Below, one piece after another: positions 1 to 8,515 of a stretch of 64,000 bases of DNA. Both the position numbers and the translations under genes were made by a program. Within the stretch, counting starts at the first letter, position 1. Each line of letters opens with the position of its first letter. The stretch covers positions 192,001 to 256,000 of the forward strand of contig CAVVMW010000005.1 in assembly GCA_963749495.1 (NCBI GenBank), written 5' to 3'. The notes under the pieces are model-generated. The model ran no database searches, was not told the DNA's origin, and saw only the letters and a list, made by a program, of their open reading frames with translations. This stretch comes from an uncultured bacterium (GTDB lineage: Bacteria > Verrucomicrobiota > Verrucomicrobiia > Limisphaerales > UBA8199).

Positions 1-719
1 CTGCAACAATCGTTCCACGCGCGCCCAGGCGCCGCGCCAGAACTGGGTCTCGGCATCCCACCGTGCAAGCGCGCTGCCTAACCGGTACGGTGTGCTCTCC
101 GCCAGCCAGGCCCGGCGGTAGGGCTCACGCAAGCCGCTGACCGCGTCCACCAGGTCCGCCAGCATCCCGTGGTCCTGCGCATTCATTTGATTGCCGATAT
201 ACAGGTCCACCAGCCTCGGACCTCGGCGGCCGGCAACGCCGCCTGGTGTCCGTGGCCCTCGACCATCTGGAGCAGGGTCTGGACGCCGTAGAACAGGCCG
301 GCGGATGAGCCGGCGCGGACTTCAGCCCCTTCCGGTTTCACTTCGAGAGAATAGGCATCACGCGAGTCCGGGCCGGCGCTGTCGTTGCCGCCAGGCAGGC
401 CACCGGCCTGTCCGACTCGGTTCAGCAGGATTGCCGGCCCCGCCTTGGCCGGATCGATGAGGACCCCTGTCTCACCGGCGGCGGACAACCCGGCGGCCAA
501 TTGTTGGGCGGCGAAGGTGTCCTGTGCGCTCGGCGCTGAGGCGAAACGGATCGCCAGTCCGTTCACGGCCAGCGCGCCCTCGCCGTAGCGCACCTCCTGA
601 GGTCGTGGCAGAAGCGGTTGGTGTGAGGCCGCGCCACAAGCCGGAGGCATCATGGCGATCAACCAGGGCAGAACGGGTTGCCACAAACGCGGGAACAATG
701 GCTGTCGAATTGGCTTCAT
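1..719 (-). pseudogene. GH20 beta-hexosaminidase-like gene with the catalytic barrel deleted (N-terminal domain joined to the C-terminal tail; runs off the window)
   Basis: Signal peptide and GH20 domain-2 motifs (LLPRPQEV, AYSLEV, AGLFYGVQTLLQM). At about 210 it jumps, in another frame, to a C-terminal-type segment (LADLVDAVSGLREPYRRAWLAESTPYRLGSALARWDAE). No catalytic domain lies between. Confidence 0.7.
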
Positions 720-789
720 GAATGTCAGAGTTTAGGGAAACGGGTGGACCTTAGCAGAACAAAACCGAGGTGACAAGCGCCGGCGGGGA

Positions 790-908
790 CTAGAGTCCTT
801 GAATTTCAAAACGTGATGCAGACAGGTCAAGTTTGTGGCACGGGCATCCTGCCCGTGGGGGGCTTGGGCAGGATGCCCGAGCCACGGTCTGAGGCCCAGC
901 CTTGCTAG
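790..908 (-). repeat. CTAG-bounded MITE/REP-like element, type A copy 1
   Basis: Reverse complement nearly identical to 6926-7042 and 7866-7983; internal palindrome GGGCATCCTGCCC..GGGCAGGATGCCC; CTAG at both ends. Confidence 0.85.
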
Positions 909-983
909 AAGAACTTCGTTGCGCAAACGAACCCGAACCGGTTCACTTGAGAGCAATGAACGCAGCCAAATCAAAGTGAGCGC

Positions 984-2669
984 ATGACCCATCGCGTTGA
1001 CTTTCTGCTGTTCGGGCTCTACCTGGCGCTGAATATAGCGCTGGGCATGTGGGTGGCGCGGCACAAGGCGGCGGATACACGGACCTACTTCCTGGCGGGA
1101 GAGAAGCTGCCCTGGTATGCCATCGGCGGCTCGATCATCGCCGCGAACATCAGCACCGAGCACTTCATCGGGATGATTGGCGTGGCCTACGCGGTGGGAT
1201 TCGTCGTCGCTCAATGGGAGTGGGGCAACTGGTTTACCTTTTCGGCGTTGATCTGGATTTTCCTGCCGTATTACATTCGGGGCGGCTTATACACGATGCC
1301 GGAGTTCCTCGAACGGCGTTACAACCCGACGTGCCGGTATCTGTTTGCCGTCTGCTCGCTGGTCCTGTGGATCGTCGCCCAGATGGCCGCGGTCATGCTC
1401 GCCGGCGGCAAGGCAATGAAAGACATGTTCGGCGTTGACCCGTGGCTCACGATTCTGTGCCTGGCCGTGCTGGCCGGCAGTTATACGATCTATGGCGGTT
1501 TGACTTCGGTGGCCTGGACCGATTTCCTCCAGTTCGTGGTGATGATGGCGGGCGGCCTGGTGGTCACGGTCATTGGGCTGCACCAGGCCGGCGGCTTGCA
1601 CCACCTGATGCTGGTCGCGCCGGAGAAGTTCAAGATCTTCTATCCGATCACGGACAAGGACTATCCCTGGTTCGGTGTCTGGAGCTTGTTCCTCTCGATA
1701 GGGATCTGGTACAACTGCACCAACCAGTTCATCGTCCAACGGTGCCTGGGCGCCCGCAGCGAGTGGGACGCCCGCATGGGCGTGGTCTTCGCCGGGTTCA
1801 TGAAAATAGTGCTCCCACTGCTGGTGGTGATCCCGGGCATCGTCGCCTTCAAGCTCTACCCCGGCCTGGCCGACAAAGACCAGGCCTTTTCGACGCTGGT
1901 GCGCGAACTTGTCCCGGTTGGGCTCAGCGGCATTGTCATGGCGGGCCTGGCCAGTGGCATGTTGTCCCATCTCAGTTCCGTGCTCAACTCCTCCAGCACA
2001 GTCTTCACTATGGACCTCTACAAGCCGTTCCTTGGCCGCGCCAAATCCGAACGGCATCTGGTCCGCGTTGGCCGCCTCAGCGCATTTGCCATCCTGGCCA
2101 TCGCCACCCTGCTCGCCATCTGGTTCACCCGGAGGAAACTGGGGGTATTCGACTTGATCCAAAACGTGGGCGCCTGGGTGGCGGCGCCGATTGCCGCCGT
2201 TTTCCTGCTCGGCGTCCTTTGGCGCCGGACCACCGCCTTTGCCGCCACATTCGTCCTCCTCTTTGCTTTCCCCTACACGGTCTTCGTTGAGTATTATCTC
2301 TTCAAGCACGTTCCCGGGTTCATGGCCTTCGACAACTGGCTGAACCGGACCTTTGTCGTCTGGGCGACTTCAATGGTTCTCCTGGTGGTGGTCTCGCTGC
2401 TGACGCCGCCGCCCGATGCCGAGAAAATCAAGAATATCATCTGGTCTTGGAGTGCCGCCAAACTCCCGGAGAGCGAACGCCAGCGGAACCGGGGATTGCG
2501 CAACCTGCTCCTCTGGTGGTGCATTTTCATCGCCCTCATGGCCGCCCTTTATGCCTACATGACCTGGTTCCAGTTCCGGGGGCCGGGCAGTGGGAGCACC
2601 GGCCTGCGCAGCGCAGCAGTGTCGGCGGCAGTGGCGAGGGACGAGGGACGAATGACGAATGACGAATGA
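984..2669 (+). CDS. Sodium:solute symporter (SSS/SLC5 family, sugar-type)
   Basis: Motifs YFLAG, AANISTEHFIG, TMPEFLERRY, YGGLTSVAWTD, NQFIVQRCL; many TM helices. The stop codon lies inside the GAATGAC repeat. Confidence 0.93.
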   Translation: MTHRVDFLLFGLYLALNIALGMWVARHKAADTRTYFLAGEKLPWYAIGGSIIAANISTEHFIGMIGVAYAVGFVVAQWEWGNWFTFSALIWIFLPYYIRGGLYTMPEFLERRYNPTCRYLFAVCSLVLWIVAQMAAVMLAGGKAMKDMFGVDPWLTILCLAVLAGSYTIYGGLTSVAWTDFLQFVVMMAGGLVVTVIGLHQAGGLHHLMLVAPEKFKIFYPITDKDYPWFGVWSLFLSIGIWYNCTNQFIVQRCLGARSEWDARMGVVFAGFMKIVLPLLVVIPGIVAFKLYPGLADKDQAFSTLVRELVPVGLSGIVMAGLASGMLSHLSSVLNSSSTVFTMDLYKPFLGRAKSERHLVRVGRLSAFAILAIATLLAIWFTRRKLGVFDLIQNVGAWVAAPIAAVFLLGVLWRRTTAFAATFVLLFAFPYTVFVEYYLFKHVPGFMAFDNWLNRTFVVWATSMVLLVVVSLLTPPPDAEKIKNIIWSWSAAKLPESERQRNRGLRNLLLWWCIFIALMAALYAYMTWFQFRGPGSGSTGLRSAAVSAAVARDEGRMTNDE

Positions 2670-2680
2670 CGAATGACGAA
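2648..2680 (+). repeat. (GAATGAC)n heptamer tandem repeat
   Basis: Visible tandem array overlapping the symporter stop codon. Confidence 0.9.
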
Positions 2681-2893
2681 TTGAGAAGGCGCGAAGCGAT
2701 CTGGGGCACGCCAGTCCTCTGGCAAGGCGTGCGCTCTTCCTCGGGCTGAAAGCCGGAGATGCGACAGCCTGGGCTGGAGGGAGCTCGCGACCGGAGGCCC
2801 AGGGTGCGGGCACATAGATCTCTGCGCCCTGGAGGGGCGCGACAACACCCGAATCCCTTGGCAACGGTTCCCCCATAGCGGGGCGCATCATTA

Positions 2894-3296
2894 CCATTGG
2901 GGGCATGACTTGTCATTTGCACAATTGGCACTTGAGGCCGGGATTCCGGGATGATTCCCTTTCCCCATGGCACGCGCGTTGCGCATCGAACGGAGGGGCG
3001 GGCGGTATCACGTCACCCCCCGCGGCAATGAACGCCAGGACATCTTCCGTGATGACGCAGACCATTTCCATTTTTTCGTATCCCGGCTGCGCCGGCTACC
3101 GCCCGCCGCTGGCGTGGGCCTGGCGCGAGCCGCTGGCCCGGTTATGGGTTTGAGTCAACTGGCGGTTTGGACTACGCCGTAGTGAGCAAAGCCCTCGCCC
3201 GCTTTGGCCGGCGCCTCGAAGCCGACCCCCGCCTGCGAGAAGAAATAGCCGCAATCCAGGAGCGATTGTCCAAATGACGAGACATGACCCCAATGG
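2894..3296 (+). mobile_element. Non-autonomous RAYT/Y1-transposase-derived element, copy 1 (about 32-bp terminal inverted repeats)
   Basis: TIRs CCATTGGGG(G/T)CATG..TGTCATTTG(C/G)ACAAT. Carries the RAYT N-terminus MARALRIE..YHVT.RGNERQDIF, a middle fragment and a C-terminal HTH-like tail GGLDYAVVSKALARFGRRL. Paralogous to 3802-4204. Confidence 0.8.
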
Positions 3297-3463
3297 GTTT
3301 CAAGCTGGAAGGCGTTGATCGTTTCCAGGCGGTGAAGCCAGGACACGGGCAGGGGCGGGCCGGCCTTGGCCTGAGCCTCGGCTAACCGCCGCGCCGCTTC
3401 GCCAGATTCGACCACAGGCAGGTATAGCCGACAGAGGAAATTGGTATCCGCGTACGGCCTCAT
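3297..3463 (-). pseudogene. PIN/VapC toxin, 3'-truncated at the element end
   Basis: MRPYADTNFL PIN start and LHRLETINAFQL; the frame then runs into the element TIR. Confidence 0.7.
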
Positions 3464-3702
3464 TCGCCCGCCAACAGTTTGTCCGCGCGGCGGGTTTGTT
3501 CAGGCGTCAAAGGATGCGAAAAAATCCTGGCAGTCCGGGCACGGAAGTCCGGCAGAGCCGTGATCCGGTCTGGTCCCGCGTCGGCATGCACCGTGTATAT
3601 CCGCCCGCCACGGCGGCGGATGCGGACCGCGCCATCACGGTTGCAGGCGTCCAGCACCGCTGCCGGTCCTCGGTCCAGATCTCTGAGCGTGAAGGTCTTC
3701 AT
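3460..3702 (-). CDS. Phd/YefM-like antitoxin
   Basis: MKTFTLRDLDRGPAAVLDAC..AVRIRRRG; ATGA overlap with the PIN gene. Confidence 0.65.
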   Translation of the reverse strand: MKTFTLRDLDRGPAAVLDACNRDGAVRIRRRGGRIYTVHADAGPDRITALPDFRARTARIFSHPLTPEQTRRADKLLAGE

Positions 3703-3801
3703 TACCGACATCTTGTCGGAGTTCAGGCGCTCTGTCAAGCGCTCAAAACCATTGGGAAAACCACTGGGGTCATGTCTTGTCATTTGAAACCATTGGGAAA
3801 A

Positions 3802-4204
3802 CCATTGGGGTCATGACTTGTCATTTGGACAATTGGCACTTGAGGCCGGGATTCCGGGATGATTCCACTGGCCCATGGCACGCGCGTTGCGCATCGAACG
3901 GACGGGCGGGCGGTATCACGTCACCGCCCGCGGCAATGAACGCCAGGACATCTTCCGTGATGACGCAGACCATTTCCATTTTTTGGTATCCCGGCTACGC
4001 CGGCTACCGCCCGCCGCTCGGGTTGGTGTGGCGCCAACCGCTGGCCCGGCTATGGGTTTGAGTCAACTGGCGGTTTGGACTGCGCCGTAATGAGCAAAGC
4101 CCTCGCCCGCTTTGGCCGGCGCCTCGAAGCCGATCCCCGCCTCCGAGAAGAAATAGCCGCCATCCAGGACCGATTGTCCAAATGACAAAACATGACCCCA
4201 ATGG
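3802..4204 (+). mobile_element. Non-autonomous RAYT-derived element, copy 2
   Basis: Same length and same internal junctions as copy 1; TIR CCATTGGGGTCATG(AC/TT)TTGTCATTTGGACAAT. Confidence 0.8.
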
Positions 4205-4213
4205 GTTTACGGT

Positions 4214-4579
4214 TCAGTTTTCGAACGGCGGCATCTGCGCAATGGCGGCGTCCAGATGCCTCAGCAATTCGGGCACGCTCACCGTGGCCGCCTGCCAGAG
4301 CTTCGCCGGATCGATGGAGTCGTAGGCATGCACCAGAATGTTGCGCATCCCGATGATGGCGGACCAGGGAATCTGCGGGAACTGGGCCTGGACATCCCTC
4401 GGCACGCGGTTGGCTGCCTCGCCGATGATTTCCAACAGCCGCTCCAGACTGGTTTGGAAACGCCAGTCACCGCCCGGCCCGAGCGCAGCCTCGGCCTGGC
4501 CCGCAGTCAGCTCGACCACGCGCCGGGCCGCCTCGCGCATGTCCAGCATCGGCCCGCGCGGATTATGGTGCGGATTCAT
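4214..4579 (-). CDS. HepT-like HEPN RNase toxin (DUF86)
   Basis: LEIIGEAA, PQIPW and the GMRNILVHAY (RX4H) motif. Confidence 0.9.
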   Translation of the reverse strand: MNPHHNPRGPMLDMREAARRVVELTAGQAEAALGPGGDWRFQTSLERLLEIIGEAANRVPRDVQAQFPQIPWSAIIGMRNILVHAYDSIDPAKLWQAATVSVPELLRHLDAAIAQMPPFEN

Positions 4580-4880
4580 CGAAAATCGTTAGTGCGTGCT
4601 TTTCCACTAGCGGTCGTAGCCACGGGCGCAGGTGCGTGCAGAAATCCACCCTGTGGCCCAAAATTTCCGCCAACTGCTCACCGTAGAGGAAATATTCCCA
4701 GCCGGAATTGCGCAGGGCGGCCGGGTCGAATTCCGCCAACACGTCCACGTCGCTCCGCCGCGCATCGAAATCGTCGCGCAACACCGAGCCGAACAACCTC
4801 AACTTGCGGATGCCCCGCTCGCGGCAGAACGCCGCGATTTTCTCGCGGTGAATCTGGATCGGCAATTGGGCAATGCTCAT
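4563..4880 (-). CDS. MntA-like minimal nucleotidyltransferase antitoxin
   Basis: LFGSVLRDDF..SDVDVL (GS-x10-DxD); overlaps the HepT gene. Confidence 0.9.
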   Translation of the reverse strand: MSIAQLPIQIHREKIAAFCRERGIRKLRLFGSVLRDDFDARRSDVDVLAEFDPAALRNSGWEYFLYGEQLAEILGHRVDFCTHLRPWLRPLVEKHALTIFDESAP

Positions 4881-4995
4881 GAGCCCATCTTGGCACATTC
4901 TTGCGCTGGCGGCAATGTTCATTCCCTTCAGCTCGACTCCAGCTCATCGCCGATTAAAACGTGACGGGGTTCAGAACCCCGAACCCGGAGCGAAA

Positions 4996-5084
4996 AAGCC
5001 CTTACATTGCGCATTTTCGAGTGACAGCACGGACGGGGCAGCCACAATGGGACCATGCCGGGCCAACTGCGCATTCAGTTTCCG
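4996..5084 (+). mobile_element. Left-end remnant of a second RAYT element family
   Basis: Near-identical to 6152-6239; encodes MPGQLRIQFP and then stops. Confidence 0.7.
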
Positions 5085-5220
5085 TGAAGTCCCCGAATTC
5101 GGAATGCCAATCATCTGTTCATCTCTGCTTGCTGGCGGTTTTCTCCCAGATAGGCCTTTTCCAGCCGTTCTTTCAAGCTCGGCACCTCCGGGCCAGGTCG
5201 CCCCTGGACGCGGCGTGGGC

Positions 5221-5286
5221 GGGGTCAGACCGTAGAAAGGGCCATTCCGAACGGACAAAGCTGAGCTTTTTCTACGGTCTGCCCCC
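5221..5286. repeat. Short inverted repeat with GGGGTCA-type end
   Basis: GGGGTCAGACCGTAGAAA ... TTTCTACGGTCTGCCCC. Confidence 0.7.
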
Positions 5287-5459
5287 CCCATTAGAAGACG
5301 GAATGGTCAGGGCGGCGTCGGGTGCCCCCTCGCGCCTCCGGGGCGCCTCCTGGGGGCGCCCCGGCACCGCGCCGCCCGTGACCCACAAGAAACCGCTTTC
5401 TTTGCGCCCACGGATGCCCTACTTTCAGGGTGCGTGAGCAATCGCTTGCTGACCTTGCT

Positions 5460-5681
5460 ATGAGCGCGGAAGAAATTATCGAAAAATTGCCTGAATTGAC
5501 GGCGCGGGAGCTCGAGTTGGTTCGCGCTAAGCTGGAGGAACTAACCGAGGGCGGCGAGCGTCGGCACCAAACACTCGGGGAAGCCCTTCTCGAATTCGCC
5601 GGGACGGCCGAAGGCCTGCCCCCAGACATGGCCGAGAACCACGATCATTATCTCTACGGCGTGCCCAAGAGGAGCCGATGA
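5460..5681 (+). CDS. VapB-type antitoxin
   Basis: Ends GLPPDMAENHDHYLYG, typical of PIN-partner antitoxins; ATGA overlap with the toxin gene. Confidence 0.8.
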   Translation: MSAEEIIEKLPELTARELELVRAKLEELTEGGERRHQTLGEALLEFAGTAEGLPPDMAENHDHYLYGVPKRSR

Positions 5682-6082
5682 TATTTGCCGACACCTCTTA
5701 TTTCCTGGCGCTTGTCAATCCCGGCGACGTCTGGCACGCCACCGCGCGCGGGATGAGCGCCGCATTGGCCGAGCCACTGCTCTCCACTGACTGGGTACTG
5801 GCGGAATTAACGGACGCGATGTCAAAGGGGCGCAATCGGGCCACCGTGGTGTCCTTCCTGCGAATGCTCCGCTGGCGAAAGGAGGTGACGTTGATCGCCG
5901 CGTCCCGCGAGCTTTTTGACCGCGGGCTGGAACTCTTTGCCAACCGACCCGACAAGGAGTGGTCGCTCACCGATTGCACTTCGTTCGTGATCATGGAGGA
6001 CCACGGCGTGCGCTCCGCCTTGACGGCGGACCATCACTTCGAGCAGGCGGGTTTTGAGGTCCTCCTGAGGCTGGAGCAGTAA
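5678..6082 (+). CDS. VapC PIN-domain toxin
   Basis: FADTSYFLAL, VLAE, SLTDCTSF, LTADHHFEQAGF. Confidence 0.92.
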   Translation: MIFADTSYFLALVNPGDVWHATARGMSAALAEPLLSTDWVLAELTDAMSKGRNRATVVSFLRMLRWRKEVTLIAASRELFDRGLELFANRPDKEWSLTDCTSFVIMEDHGVRSALTADHHFEQAGFEVLLRLEQ

Positions 6083-6145
6083 CGCTACAATACGCGGCAG
6101 TGGGAGGCATTGTCTGACCAGACCTGGGCCGGCTATCGCCAGAAA

Positions 6146-6300
6146 GGCGTCAAGCCCTCACATTGTGCATTTTCGAGTGAGAGCACGGGCGGGGCAGCCA
6201 CAATGGACCATGCCGCGCCAACTGCGCATTCAGTTTCCGGGTGCCGTGTACCATCTCATGAATGGTGGGCATCGGCGCGATGACATTCACAAAGACCCGC
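6146..6300 (+). mobile_element. RAYT family-2 left end with a truncated transposase 5' end
   Basis: MPRQLRIQFPGAVYHLMNGGHRRDDI starting at 6210; direct repeat of 4996-5084. Confidence 0.75.
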
Positions 6301-6325
6301 GATTGCCGTTTCGAGGGCGGCCTAA

Positions 6326-6486
6326 GGAGGCCATTCACAATAACATGAACACGTTCGCTTGGTCTTTTGACCGCTGGCTTCGTTGCTCGCTCGTTACAGA
6401 CCGCTGCGGGTATGCTCCTCCCTCGCGCCTCGCCAGCGGTCAAAATCCCGGCGCGCCCGTTGTCCATGTTATTGTGAATGGCCTCC
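6326..6486. mobile_element. MITE with about 22-bp TIRs and TAA target duplication
   Basis: TAA|GGAGGCCATTCACAATAACATG ... CATGTTATTGTGAATGGCCTCC|TAA; internal hairpin TTTTGACCGCTGGC..GCCAGCGGTCAAAA. Confidence 0.85.
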
Positions 6487-6925
6487 TAAATCCACCCCAT
6501 GGATAGCCGGCCCAAGCGTAAAAACTCCGCATTGTCCGAACAGTCCGCTCTGTCCGTGGACAGGAGCGGTGGAGGCGGCGCATAGTGGCATCCATGAGAA
6601 ATTCCAGCTTTCAATCCCTCCAACTGGACCGCCGCCGCGCTGACCGCATCGAAGCCGAGGCCCAAGCCAGGCACGCCAACGCTCCCACCATGCCGCGAGC
6701 CCTTTGGCGGTTCTGCCCGGCGCGAAGCGCTGGTCTTCACGTTAGCCTTTAGCCTTTCCTCCCTCCGTAGTCCCGATAGGATCGGGACGGAGGACGGGCA
6801 GCCTTTAGCCTTGTAAAATGCGCCTCCGCGAAAGAAAGTTGCCGCATAGTCGTCATAGCCCGCATAGTCCTTGGACGCCCAGGCTCGTCCGAGGCCAGAC
6901 TTGCCGCATGACGGTAAAGAATTGT

Positions 6926-7042
6926 CTAACGAGGTGGGGCCTCAGACCGTGGCTTGGGCATCCTGCCCAAGCCCCACGGGCAGGATGCCCGTGCCACAAA
7001 CTTGACCTGTCTGCATCACGTTTTGAAACTCAAGGACTCTAG
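6926..7042 (+). repeat. CTAG/CTAA-bounded element, type A copy 2
   Basis: Matches 790-908 (reverse complement) and 7866-7983. Confidence 0.85.
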
Positions 7043-7216
7043 CGACGCGTAGCCTCCGACCATGGGGCAGGCCCCCGATCCGACCCGCCCCCTCACCCAC
7101 CCTCCGGGCACCCTCTCCCCCTCCCAGGGGGAGAGGGAAGGGGTGAGGGGGCCGCCCATAGGCTGGCTCCACAACTTGTTCTGTTTACCACACCTTTCTC
7201 GATTCAAGGACTCTAG
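7039..7216 (+). repeat. Same element shell with a different internal palindrome (type B)
   Basis: Ends homologous to type A (CTAGCGACGCGTAGCCTCCGACC; CCACAACTTG..TTCAAGGACTCTAG); interior CCCTCTCCCCCT..AGGGGGAGAGGG. Confidence 0.7.
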
Positions 7217-7226
7217 CCGCGCCCCT

Positions 7227-7838
7227 GTGACCACCAGCCCACCAAAGTTGCACGCCGGCCCGAACGAGCCGCCCCTGACCACCCTCAAGCGTCTGCCCAC
7301 CCAGGACCGCGCCGAGATCTGGACTTGGCGCGAGCAGCCCGGCATGAGCAGTGCCGCCATTCGCGCCCGCATCCGCGAGGCCTACGCCATCGAGCTCCGC
7401 TGGGACTCGCAGCTCTCCGAATTCTGGAGCTGGCAGTTCCGCCAAATGCAGTGGGAACGCCTCGGCGAGATCACCGCCCAGGACGAGCAGATCCTGCAAG
7501 CCCACCACCCGCAGCTTGACCGGCAGCGCCTCCGCCAGGCCGCCATCGCCCGCCTCTATGCCTCCGCTGACATCGCCCAGGATGCCAGGCTCAGCTTGAG
7601 CGTCATCACCACCGACATCAGAGACTCGGGCGACCGCCGTCGCTGGGAAAAACTCCGGCTGGAGCAACAGAAGAAAATCGCGGCCGCCTTGGACGAACTC
7701 GCCGGCGTGCTCGAGGCCTACCCCGATCTCCTGGAGGAATACAGGCTCTTGAGTGGACGCGTCCGGCAACGCCTCAATGCCGATGCCGGCCCCGCCGCGG
7801 AATCACCAGCGCCCGCCCCCAACCCGCCCCAACCATGA
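7227..7838 (+). CDS. Hypothetical helical protein, weakly DUF3486/phage Mu gp27-like
   Basis: Coding-like open frame; N-terminal LKRLPTQDRAEIW..IRARI..SQLSEFW pattern; start uncertain. Confidence 0.5.
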   Translation: MTTSPPKLHAGPNEPPLTTLKRLPTQDRAEIWTWREQPGMSSAAIRARIREAYAIELRWDSQLSEFWSWQFRQMQWERLGEITAQDEQILQAHHPQLDRQRLRQAAIARLYASADIAQDARLSLSVITTDIRDSGDRRRWEKLRLEQQKKIAAALDELAGVLEAYPDLLEEYRLLSGRVRQRLNADAGPAAESPAPAPNPPQP

Positions 7839-7865
7839 GTGCCCTCCGTTTACGCAACAGACCAC

Positions 7866-7983
7866 CTAACGAGGCGGGGCCTCAGACCGTGGCTTGGGCA
7901 TCCTGCCCAAGCAACCACGGGCAGGATGCCCGTGCCACAAACTTGACCTTTCTGCACCATGTTTTGAAATTCAAGGACTCTAG
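7866..7983 (+). repeat. CTAG/CTAA-bounded element, type A copy 3
   Basis: Matches copies 1 and 2. Confidence 0.85.
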
Positions 7984-8515
7984 GACCCCTACAGGCCGGC
8001 CACCGCAGGAGGGCCACAGAGTTCATGAACCCCCATGCCCGCGAACCCTCGCGACTCCGGCACATTGCGGCAGATTACCGCAAACCAACGCAAATTCGGG
8101 CAAATTCCCAGAAATTCCCACAAATTCCCACAGATTTTCCCCATGTTCAACCGCGCCTCTGCAGGGTCAGGCCCGCCTCTGCCGCTTTTTCGAACCCAGA
8201 GGTTGGGACGCGAAAGCGGCAGAGGACTGCCGCACTCCAAAACCTTCGGGCTCGGGGTCGGTTCCTGGAGAGGGTTTCAGCGGCGATTCAAACCGCTCAG
8301 GGTAGTTGCACAGGGGCGGCGTGACCCAGGGTAGCGCGTTCCGCGCAATCCTGGGCTGAATGACTCCGATCCCTTCGGGATGGATCAGGGATGCCAGCGT
8401 TGGGCCTGGCCATGCATGTCATGGTGGTACCGGGCAGGTGTGCCGGCTGGAAAGCCGCCATCATCGGCGGGCTTGAAACCCCGCCCCATTGAGATAGCCT
8501 TTTAACGCGCCACGT

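Noticed and set aside
6924..7983. Integron attC sites (elements start with RYYTAAC)
   Set aside because: The right ends are GGACTCTAG rather than GTTRRRY, the ends do not pair, and no integrase is in the window.
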